Shown in pieces: positions 48,104 through 56,536 of a stretch of 64,000 bases of DNA. This stretch comes from Candidatus Ozemobacteraceae bacterium (lineage in GTDB: Bacteria > Muiribacteriota > Ozemobacteria > Ozemobacterales > Ozemobacteraceae), in the NCBI GenBank assembly GCA_965140445.1, contig OZ223236.1, positions 5,088,001 through 5,152,000 on the forward strand, written 5' to 3'. The translations under genes were made by a program, and so were the position numbers. The notes below the pieces were generated by a model. That model had not been told where the DNA came from and made no database searches. It saw nothing but the letters and a program-made list of their open reading frames with translations. Within the stretch, counting starts at the first letter, position 1, and every line of letters begins with the position of its first letter.

Positions 48104-48957
48104 TGGAACTTGAAATATTAAAATTCCTTCAATCAATACGTTCAGAGTGGTTAAATTTTGTTTTTGAAACAATTACCACGCTGGGCGAGCAAAACTTCTA
48201 TATCTTTTTAGTCTCACTAATACTATGGTGCTATGATAAAAAAACCGGCTACAGAGTTGCTTTTATTATGCTGGTTAGCGGAGCAATAAACACTGGAATA
48301 AAAGACATCATACAAAGACCAAGACCAATTGGATCCCCTGGTTTAACTTCTATTAGAGTTCATACTGCGACGGGTTATTCATTTCCGAGTAATCATACAC
48401 AAACCGCTACCTCAGCCTATACTACACTGGCAATTAATTTTAAAAAGAAGTGGCTCTATGTTCTTTCATTTTTCGCTGTATTTTTCATTGGTATTTCAAG
48501 AAACTATCTGGCAGTCCACTGGCCAACCGATGTTGCTGCAGGCTGGATTCTAGGCATAGTAATTTCCCTTTCTGCAAATTATTTTCTCCAAAAAATCGAA
48601 GAGCAAAAAAAATACGCTCTATCCTTGTTGTTTTTTCCAATATTTTTAATTGCCCTGCCATTCTCTAAAGACGTAAGCTTTTTAAAGTTTTTTGGAACCT
48701 TTACAGGCCTGATTCTGGGTTATTTATTGGATAACTACTATTTTATGTTTCAAATTCCAGAAAAGCCCTTGCGAAAAATAGGAAGACTCCTAATTGGCCT
48801 GGCTGGAGCAGCTTTAATAATGGTAGGGTATCAATCACTAATACCTGGATACAAAGATATTCCAGGGCTGGTGTTCTTTAAATACCAGCTCCTTGGTCTA
48901 TGGCTAACCATAGGTGCGCCAATATTCTTTCAGAAAACAAACCAACCTAACGAATAG
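48103..48957 (+). CDS. PAP2-family membrane phosphatase
   Basis: K...RPRP, SFPSNH and SRNYLAVHWPTD. Confidence 0.9.
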   Translation: MELEILKFLQSIRSEWLNFVFETITTLGEQNFYIFLVSLILWCYDKKTGYRVAFIMLVSGAINTGIKDIIQRPRPIGSPGLTSIRVHTATGYSFPSNHTQTATSAYTTLAINFKKKWLYVLSFFAVFFIGISRNYLAVHWPTDVAAGWILGIVISLSANYFLQKIEEQKKYALSLLFFPIFLIALPFSKDVSFLKFFGTFTGLILGYLLDNYYFMFQIPEKPLRKIGRLLIGLAGAALIMVGYQSLIPGYKDIPGLVFFKYQLLGLWLTIGAPIFFQKTNQPNE

Positions 48958-48967
48958 AATCTGTGAG

Positions 48968-49010
48968 ATAGACAAGGCGCCGTCAATTTAATTGACGGCG
49001 CCTTGTCTAT
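48968..49010. terminator. Perfect palindrome between convergent genes, likely a bidirectional terminator
   Basis: ATAGACAAGGCGCCGTCAATT-T-AATTGACGGCGCCTTGTCTAT (21-bp arms). Confidence 0.7.
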
Positions 49011-49021
49011 TTTAGGCAATA

Positions 49022-50314
49022 TTACTTAACCGCTCCGTGCTTTGTGCAGTTTATAATTCCATCCTTTGATAGATCTCCTATGCTTTTATAGGAACCATTT
49101 TGAGGACACTCTGGTAGTTTGAGAATGTATTTTTCCTTAACGAGCAACTCAAGATTCTTTTCATTGAGTTCGGTCATTTTACCTTCATTATCCATATTAT
49201 ACATTTCAACCGCTCCCATCAATACGCGTTGATTAGCAAAACAGGCTTTTTGTTGAGCTTTTCCTCGAGCTTTATTAAAATTTGGAATTGCAATAGCCGC
49301 AACAACTCCAACAGCACCCAGAGTGGCTGGAGATAAAATTGTCCCGGCAAATGAAGGAACTTTTGTTTTCAAAGTAACCAGATTTTCAAGCGTTACAACA
49401 CTAGTGGCATCCAAAGACTTCTTTGCCATTAAAGCAGAACTTTTAGTTAGCAAGAAAGAAAAAGCTTTGGGCAACCATCCGGGTCCATTTCCAGGCTTGG
49501 TGGCAGACTTCAGACTATTCTCCACATAAAGTCTGTAACCAGCAATCTGACCTTCAATAAAAGTCTTTAAATTCTTTGCAGTTTCTCCATCAGCACAATT
49601 AAAGCTTAAAGCAAAATCATCTTTTTCCATCTCAACCTGTGCGGTATTAAACATCGCCAGCATACCAGCAACCATTTTTGCGCCCTTGCTTCCAGATTTT
49701 TCAATCGTCGCTTTAAGTTTTCCTGTATCCAGCCATGCATAAAAAGAAGTTTTGCCTGTAGCCTTTGCAACCGCCAGAGGTGCATCTGAAAAGCTCAATT
49801 CACCTTTTGAAGCCCAATCAATGTCCTTTTTTGAGCCAAAAACAACGGTTCTATTGTTGTAAAAATAGAAACAAAATTTCTTATTCTTTTTTTTACCTTC
49901 AATACCAACAATCTTAAAATCACCTTGACTAGATACATCAACCTTAAGTTTTGCTGCAGGCGGAATAACGCTTGCTAAGGCTTCTACCTCAGAAATTATT
50001 TTTGCAGGTTCAAATTTCCCGGTAAGATACCCTAAAACCCTAAAGCTGCCAGATTTGTCACTAAATCCAAGAAAACCAAAATCCCTTAGGTCTTTCCTTG
50101 GTCGCATTCCAGAGTTTTCATAAACAATCTGCTCAAATTCTTCGACAACGGCTTTGGTTTCCTCGATAGCCTCTATTTTTGAGTAAAAACCATCAACGAG
50201 GTTATCTGCCTTACCGTTTACTATAAAAACAGAATCCTTAACCCATGGTATCTGAGCACCAACAGCCGAACCAAATAAACAAAGAACAAAAATCAAAAAA
50301 TAAGTTCTTTTCAT
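49022..50314 (-). CDS. Exported protein with C-terminal pilin/pseudopilin-like domain (start ATG 50314 after GGAGG)
   Basis: Signal peptide; internal GVVAAIAIPNF.KAR..AQ.KACFANQRVL.GAVEMYNMD...CP...C..HG. Confidence 0.7.
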   Translation of the reverse strand: MKRTYFLIFVLCLFGSAVGAQIPWVKDSVFIVNGKADNLVDGFYSKIEAIEETKAVVEEFEQIVYENSGMRPRKDLRDFGFLGFSDKSGSFRVLGYLTGKFEPAKIISEVEALASVIPPAAKLKVDVSSQGDFKIVGIEGKKKNKKFCFYFYNNRTVVFGSKKDIDWASKGELSFSDAPLAVAKATGKTSFYAWLDTGKLKATIEKSGSKGAKMVAGMLAMFNTAQVEMEKDDFALSFNCADGETAKNLKTFIEGQIAGYRLYVENSLKSATKPGNGPGWLPKAFSFLLTKSSALMAKKSLDATSVVTLENLVTLKTKVPSFAGTILSPATLGAVGVVAAIAIPNFNKARGKAQQKACFANQRVLMGAVEMYNMDNEGKMTELNEKNLELLVKEKYILKLPECPQNGSYKSIGDLSKDGIINCTKHGAVK

Positions 50315-50492
50315 ATTACCTCCCGAATATTTTTTCCTTCTATGAATCATTTTACCCTTTGAATTTTTCTCTTACCAGCTGTTTTTTCTCCAATCAGAAT
50401 AAAGCCATTAAACTAAAGGGAAATTTTCCCCATAAACCAGGTAGCTTTTCCCCGTAGCTCAAGAAAAGCCTTTCTAAATAAGACTTTGAGGC

Positions 50493-50508
50493 AGGTACAA
50501 CAATTGCT
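50493..50508 (+). promoter_or_regulatory. Possible sigma54 promoter
   Basis: AGGTAC-AACAA-TTGCT with GG-N10-GC spacing; weaker -24 box. Confidence 0.4.
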
Positions 50509-50563
50509 AGGTAATATATAAGGTTATTGGGATGACTCGAAGAGAAAAAACAGGAGAAACAAA

Positions 50564-50929
50564 ATGGAAATGCCAATCTATATAGTTCAAAGCATGGGGA
50601 TAGTCTCTGGCGGAATGGCCCTGGTAGTGTTATGGAATATTATGTTTGGAAGTGAAGCCAGTCGTTTTGCCTCCTTCACAGCCAACTTTTTCGGCCTAAG
50701 TCTTATAGGTCTGGGAGTTATAAAAGCCTCTTTTGGTGATCTAGGTGCTTTCTATACTCAATATGTTTGCAGAATTGGCGTAGTTGAGCAATTGGTAAAT
50801 GGAATTGGGCACAGCCTTTCGGGCGCGGCAAATATACAGGCAACCGCCTCTGCACTGCTGCTAATTCTTGCGCTTTTCTTTATTGCCAAAATATTCTTTG
50901 GCTTTTTCTCAACGATTCTTGGACTTTAA
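50564..50929 (+). CDS. Small hypothetical multi-TM protein
   Basis: AGGAG RBS; three hydrophobic segments. Confidence 0.65.
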   Translation: MEMPIYIVQSMGIVSGGMALVVLWNIMFGSEASRFASFTANFFGLSLIGLGVIKASFGDLGAFYTQYVCRIGVVEQLVNGIGHSLSGAANIQATASALLLILALFFIAKIFFGFFSTILGL

Positions 50930-50934
50930 TGCTT

Positions 50935-52689
50935 TTAACTTCCAATAAGGATTTTCACCACTGCTTTTGCAACAGCTTCTGCAGAAGCTGGATTTTGTCC
51001 GGTTACCAATAAACCATCAACGACACAGTTACCATCAAAAGGTTTATTCGCTTGCGAAAAGCTTGCCCCCTGCTCAATTAATTTTGTTTGAAGAGCAAAT
51101 GGCATAAAAGCTTCTAACTTAACAGCACTCTCTTCTCTATTGGAAAAACCAGTCAGCCTTTTTCCCTTAACAAAATAGCTGCCATCGCTAAGCTTTACGT
51201 TTAGCAGCGCAGCTGGACCGTGACAAACTGCAGCAATAACACCTTTTTGCTCATGCATAACTGCTATTAGATTTTTTACGGAAGGGTCATCTGGAAAGTC
51301 AAACATAGTTCCATGTCCACCCACAAAAAAGATTGCATCATAAAGATCAAGATTTACTTCACTCAACTTAACAGTGTTCTCTAATTGATGCTTTACAAAA
51401 TCGTTTTCCAGCAAGGATTTGTTTGATGGATCATCTAAATCCAAACTAGAAGGATCCAGGACAGATTTCCCTCCATTTACACTTGAAATATCCACCACGA
51501 ACCCAGCCTCAGAAAACACCTTATAAGGATGAGAAAGCTCGGATAAATAGTAACCGGTTTTTTTGTCAGAATTTCCCATTTTCCCGTGACTGGTTAAAAT
51601 CATTAATATTCTTCCAGCCGGTGGGGCCATCTTAAAAATTGTGTAATCAATATCTTTCTTTAACTTCGCAGGCAAATGAATCTTTGAATTAGTAAAAAGA
51701 AGGTGTTTTGAGTCAAACCACGCAAAGCTATCAGGCCAGGATATTTTTTCTGGATTTTCAACCAAAGTCGTTACTCGTCCAGACGAATTTACCCGACAAA
51801 TTGCGCTATCTACAATTGAACTGACAATCACCCTTCCAAACTTGTCACAAATTAATCCGTCCGCTGGACCGCTTTTGGCGATCTCAACTACTTTCTCTTG
51901 AATCTTCTCTTCATCTGCTGCAAAATCCCTCAATACATCTGTATCCACCGCGTATAAAGTATTAGAAGTAAGAGCTTGAAAATATAAGCGATCTCCAGCC
52001 TCTGTCAAAGCAATTCCGTCAGCATGAACATTTGGAATTTCTCCGCCATGCTTAAAAAGAATCGAATCAATGAAAATCTTTATTCTTTCAGATTTCGTTG
52101 AAAAATGGTTCCCCAGGACCCTCCTGGCTTTCCCTGTTTTCAGGTTTAAAACAACAATAGCTCCTTCTCCAGAATCGGTTAAATAGGCAAAGTTTCTTAT
52201 AGAATCTATACGTACATCATTAAGATATGAGGTCTTTTGAATTTCAGGCTCTGAGAATTGATAGACCTTTTTTATTTTGTTTTCCTTTAAACTAACCTTA
52301 AATAAACGCGCAGCTTCTTTAACAACGCCATTGAATTTTGGGTTTCCAGTATCAAGGATCCAAAGATTATCCAACGCATCCACAAAAACACTCTGAACAC
52401 TGAGAAAACCACTCTTTTTATTAGCATACCCGGAATTGAGATTAGAGTCAGGAAATGGAATAACTTTTCCAGCAACAATTTCACCAACTGAAATAGCATG
52501 CTTATCACTCCAATTTGGAAAACAAACAAAGCATCGCCCTTTTTTACTTACAGCGATTCCCGTCCATTGCTTTTTAGATGAAGCAAATTTTTCAAGTTCA
52601 TCATCTTTCATTGGTTCGAATCCAAAAGCGGATTGCATTAAAACTAAAATTAAAAATAAGTTAAGAATAAAACTCTTATAAATCCTCAT
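50935..52689 (-). CDS. Secreted fusion of an MRJP/Yellow-type beta-propeller and a DJ-1/PfpI (Hsp31-like) domain
   Basis: Signal peptide; SVQSV, LWILDTG, YLNDVRID, ADGIAL, WPDS; then TSHG...GYYLSELSHP, GGHG, AVCHGP and VTGQNPAS. Confidence 0.85.
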   Translation of the reverse strand: MRIYKSFILNLFLILVLMQSAFGFEPMKDDELEKFASSKKQWTGIAVSKKGRCFVCFPNWSDKHAISVGEIVAGKVIPFPDSNLNSGYANKKSGFLSVQSVFVDALDNLWILDTGNPKFNGVVKEAARLFKVSLKENKIKKVYQFSEPEIQKTSYLNDVRIDSIRNFAYLTDSGEGAIVVLNLKTGKARRVLGNHFSTKSERIKIFIDSILFKHGGEIPNVHADGIALTEAGDRLYFQALTSNTLYAVDTDVLRDFAADEEKIQEKVVEIAKSGPADGLICDKFGRVIVSSIVDSAICRVNSSGRVTTLVENPEKISWPDSFAWFDSKHLLFTNSKIHLPAKLKKDIDYTIFKMAPPAGRILMILTSHGKMGNSDKKTGYYLSELSHPYKVFSEAGFVVDISSVNGGKSVLDPSSLDLDDPSNKSLLENDFVKHQLENTVKLSEVNLDLYDAIFFVGGHGTMFDFPDDPSVKNLIAVMHEQKGVIAAVCHGPAALLNVKLSDGSYFVKGKRLTGFSNREESAVKLEAFMPFALQTKLIEQGASFSQANKPFDGNCVVDGLLVTGQNPASAEAVAKAVVKILIGS

Positions 52690-52743
52690 AAAATTTGCTC
52701 CAAATCAAAAATTAATGTATGAATCTTTTAATTATAATAAAAC

Positions 52744-53595
52744 TTGTTCAGTAAAAACAAAACCTCAATGCCCGGTGGAAAAATGAAAAATATTCAAAGA
52801 TGCCTTTCAAGGTTACTTTTAATCTTGTTTTTGATTCTAAGCTCAGCAACAACTACCCTGGCCTTTAATTGCGGAAAATGCGGTTATAATGCTTCAGACG
52901 AAGCTACTTTCTGTTCAAAATGCGGGAGTAAAATTGTTCAACAAAAGTGGTTACCTCTGACACACGAAAACCAATTAAATAGATCTAACATATTTGCTCT
53001 ATTTGACCCCATTGATGAGTTTGAGCGCGCTTTTTTAACAAACAAATATCTAAATATCCTGGGGAAATTTCCTGAGCTAAAGATAAAGTACACAAATAAC
53101 CTGAAACTTTATAGAAGCATATCGAGCAAATTGCCTCAGGAAATAGTCATCCTGGAAAAAATATATGCAACCAAATTCCTCATTTTTGAAGGCGTGGTAA
53201 GAATTATGAAAAACCTTAGAATAAACAAAGGTTATAAAGAGGCTTTAATAAAAGGCGCAAAGTATATGCTGGAGCTATATAACAGATCTATAAGAACAAT
53301 AAAAGAGAAAATAGATTTTTCAGAATCAGACCTGGAAGCCTTAAAGAAACAATTGAAAAATACTGCCGCCAGAAGCAGAAAATTTTATGTCACATCAAAA
53401 TACTTAAAGCTTTCAGGCTTTCAGATCGGAAAAGGCGAAAAACTAATGGTTCTTGGAATAGAAAAAAACAAAGCCCTGGTTCTCCACATGGGAGCTACCA
53501 ATATAAACATCTGCATTGAAGGCTTGCTTGGCGTGAGAGATTTAATCAAACGCACTTCATTTGAGAAATCAGATATTGCTACCTACAAAAACTGA
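52744..53595 (+). CDS. Exported hypothetical protein with zinc ribbon (start perhaps ATG 52783)
   Basis: Signal-peptide-like segment followed by CGKCG...FCSKCG. Confidence 0.7.
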   Translation: MFSKNKTSMPGGKMKNIQRCLSRLLLILFLILSSATTTLAFNCGKCGYNASDEATFCSKCGSKIVQQKWLPLTHENQLNRSNIFALFDPIDEFERAFLTNKYLNILGKFPELKIKYTNNLKLYRSISSKLPQEIVILEKIYATKFLIFEGVVRIMKNLRINKGYKEALIKGAKYMLELYNRSIRTIKEKIDFSESDLEALKKQLKNTAARSRKFYVTSKYLKLSGFQIGKGEKLMVLGIEKNKALVLHMGATNINICIEGLLGVRDLIKRTSFEKSDIATYKN

Positions 53596-53599
53596 GTTC

Positions 53600-56536
53600 T
53601 CAGACCGCCGGATAAGTAATAATCATTAAAGTTAAGTCATCTGTTATTTCATGACTTTCAAAGAATTTTTGATAAAAACTCATTACTTTCAGATAATATT
53701 CTTTTGGGTCTGGATCATAGCATTTATGCAAAATTTCTTTAAATCCATCTATTCCAAGGTCACCAGTTTCATAAAATCCATCTGAATACAAAATAACCGC
53801 TTCTCCCTTCTCAAGAGCAAATAAAAGCTCCTTTTCAATCTTCTTTTTAGACGCCCCAAGCGGAGAATGAATCATTTCACAAAAATCAGCGGTTCTTCTG
53901 AAGGGATTTACAATTATTGGATAGCAATGACCTGCATTCACATATTGAAAACTAGCTTCCACATCATTGAAAAGAAGATATTGAAAAGTCATAAACTTCC
54001 TTTGCTTTTTGCTCTTTGTTTTCATAAACAATGTGTTTATCTTATCTACAAGTGTTACGGGAGTTTTATAAAGCGGTCTAAGCATAAACACACAGGCTTT
54101 AACAAAGGCCATAATTAAGGAAGCTGCAACTCCGTGACCAGCAACATCACCAACAAAAACGCCCGTGACCCCATCTTCAACCTTAACAACATCAAAATAA
54201 TCCCCGCCCAAATCATCAAAAGAAATGGTTTTACCATAGAATCTAAGTTTGTGAGACTTTAAAGAAGAGTCCATTCTAGGCAAAAGCTTTTCCTGAACAA
54301 ATTTTGCTACATGCAGTTCTTCAATGTCATTCATCGTTTCATTAAAAATCCGAGAAAGACTACCAAACTCGTCATTCCCCATATCTTTTACTTTATAGTC
54401 AAAGCGCCGATCTTTGAGAGCTTTAACACCTTGTTGTAACTCTCCAATTGGAATAAGAATGATTCTAGACAGCAATAGACCAAGTGAAACTGAGATAAGA
54501 AAACTTACCAGACCAAAACTTGTAAACATTTGCAATTTTTGCTTAACTTCTCTCTTTATTTTATCGGTAGGGAACAGTCCAAGAAGTTTTACCCCAGCGA
54601 GATTAACACACTTGATCCCCATCATTATGTGTTCCTCGCCCCCCCAGGTACAGGTCTCAAGTTTTCTGCCATTTTGTTTTCCTAGAAGATTAACAAAAAC
54701 CTCCATACTCTGATCAAAAGTCGCGCTTTTTGGATAAATATCCCCATGATCTTTAAAAATAGCAAAAACCTTTATTCCGAGCACATTTCTGTTTATGTTT
54801 ATCAGATTTCTTTTCACAAAAAGGCGCTCTAATTGCATCGAGTTCCAAACATACAAAAGCGTATAATCAAAGATATTTTTCGGCCCACTAGTATGGAACA
54901 CTTTCACAAATGAGGGGAACATTTTTGCGCCAAATCCCCACTTCCAAAACCTGTCTATAGCATCAAAATAGTCCTGCAAAACAAAGTGTGGGCTCTTTTG
55001 CCCCATGGCATCCACGATCATCTCAAACTCAGTCTGATCCTTCTTGCCAATAGGCTTTCGATTTAGTCTGTTCAACAAGTATCTGCCAACTTTACCCAGT
55101 GTAATTACCTGGGTTTGCACATTTGGAGACCGTGAAAAATAAGAGTTTCTCTCAGAAACAATTTTGGACCCATCCATAATTCCCATTGGGTAGCCAACAC
55201 GTTCAGTAGATGATCCGACAAGAAAAAACTTAAATGGAGCCGGATCTTGAAGCCTGATAAATGCATTTAATGTTTTTGAAGAAATTCCATCTTCCCGAAG
55301 ATCTCGATTAAGCCTACCAAAACTAGACTCAAGCTTTTTCAGTTGATAAGTTTTTTCATTCAAACCTAGTGCATCAACATGCTGTAGAAAAAGCATTCCT
55401 CGATTAAAAGATTCTTCTTTTAAAGAGATTTCATAGTCATTTAAATAATCAATTGAAAGAGCCGCCAATATGGTCATTGGGATAGAGTTTGAAAGAATAA
55501 AAAGGGTCACAAGTTGAACTCTAATACTCAAACGTGGCTTGTGACCAAGAACAATAATTGAATAGCTAAAGCACCCAATAAATATCAAGATGCAAAATAA
55601 AAGGGCTAAAGCCCATTTGGTCCAGTATGGCCAAAAGCTTCTTTCAACCATTTCTTTTGAAACTGAACCAATTGCCAATTTATCATCAGCAAGATACATT
55701 GGGAAAAAATAATTTGAATCCTTTTCAATATAGTTTATAAAGCTATATTTCAAATTTTCTCCAATTGAACCAATTATTGGAACCAGAGATAAGTCAGTAC
55801 TCTGCGTTTTCCCACCCTGCTTAATTGAAAGAGAAAAATCCAACCCTTCCTCAGCACGAATCTTTTCCCAATTCTCAATTGCATAATCAATTGCCAGGCT
55901 ACGCTCAATTTCTGAGGGGTGGATAAAAATAAATAATCCCGCTGCCTTACTAATTTTGACCCAGGAGAGCGGCATGTTACCTGAACTATCGGCGATAATC
56001 AAAACAGGATTATCTCGAGTGCAGCAAAATGGAATTCTTCCTGTTGAAAATTGTGGACCAAAAATTTCCAACAAATTTAAGTATTCTGCTTTTGGAATTT
56101 CTCCAAACTCCTTGTATTCTTCAGATACTGTCAATTTATAAATAGTTTGATTTGCCAGCTCCAAATTTCCTTTGCGCCTCTTCCAATCAAAATTTGAGGA
56201 AAATGGGTTGCCAGTTGGATCAAAAATTACATAGTGACATTTCAAATTATATTCTTCGATAAAAGCTTCCAAGCTATCTTTAAGACTCTTTAAGCCCCCA
56301 GAACCGTCGAATATGTTAGTAAATTGCTTACAAACAAACGTATTTGAATCGCTGGAAGCTCTTAAAGACTCAAGTTTTCCCCAAATGCCTTCAGAATATG
56401 AAACAATATTTTTTTCTTTAGCCAAATTTGAAAAATACAACTTCCCAACATATAAAAAAGTTATTGGGGCAGAAAGAATAAAAAACATGAATAAAAGCCA
56501 GTATTGGCTTAACGATTTATTAGTTTTCATCGTCAA
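53600..56536 (-). CDS. Membrane HAMP-SpoIIE (PP2C) phosphatase, copy B
   Basis: Four TMs, HAMP (DEFGSL), GGDYFD, GDVAGHG, NAGH, YSDG and DDLT. Confidence 0.88.
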   Translation of the reverse strand: MTMKTNKSLSQYWLLFMFFILSAPITFLYVGKLYFSNLAKEKNIVSYSEGIWGKLESLRASSDSNTFVCKQFTNIFDGSGGLKSLKDSLEAFIEEYNLKCHYVIFDPTGNPFSSNFDWKRRKGNLELANQTIYKLTVSEEYKEFGEIPKAEYLNLLEIFGPQFSTGRIPFCCTRDNPVLIIADSSGNMPLSWVKISKAAGLFIFIHPSEIERSLAIDYAIENWEKIRAEEGLDFSLSIKQGGKTQSTDLSLVPIIGSIGENLKYSFINYIEKDSNYFFPMYLADDKLAIGSVSKEMVERSFWPYWTKWALALLFCILIFIGCFSYSIIVLGHKPRLSIRVQLVTLFILSNSIPMTILAALSIDYLNDYEISLKEESFNRGMLFLQHVDALGLNEKTYQLKKLESSFGRLNRDLREDGISSKTLNAFIRLQDPAPFKFFLVGSSTERVGYPMGIMDGSKIVSERNSYFSRSPNVQTQVITLGKVGRYLLNRLNRKPIGKKDQTEFEMIVDAMGQKSPHFVLQDYFDAIDRFWKWGFGAKMFPSFVKVFHTSGPKNIFDYTLLYVWNSMQLERLFVKRNLININRNVLGIKVFAIFKDHGDIYPKSATFDQSMEVFVNLLGKQNGRKLETCTWGGEEHIMMGIKCVNLAGVKLLGLFPTDKIKREVKQKLQMFTSFGLVSFLISVSLGLLLSRIILIPIGELQQGVKALKDRRFDYKVKDMGNDEFGSLSRIFNETMNDIEELHVAKFVQEKLLPRMDSSLKSHKLRFYGKTISFDDLGGDYFDVVKVEDGVTGVFVGDVAGHGVAASLIMAFVKACVFMLRPLYKTPVTLVDKINTLFMKTKSKKQRKFMTFQYLLFNDVEASFQYVNAGHCYPIIVNPFRRTADFCEMIHSPLGASKKKIEKELLFALEKGEAVILYSDGFYETGDLGIDGFKEILHKCYDPDPKEYYLKVMSFYQKFFESHEITDDLTLMIITYPAV

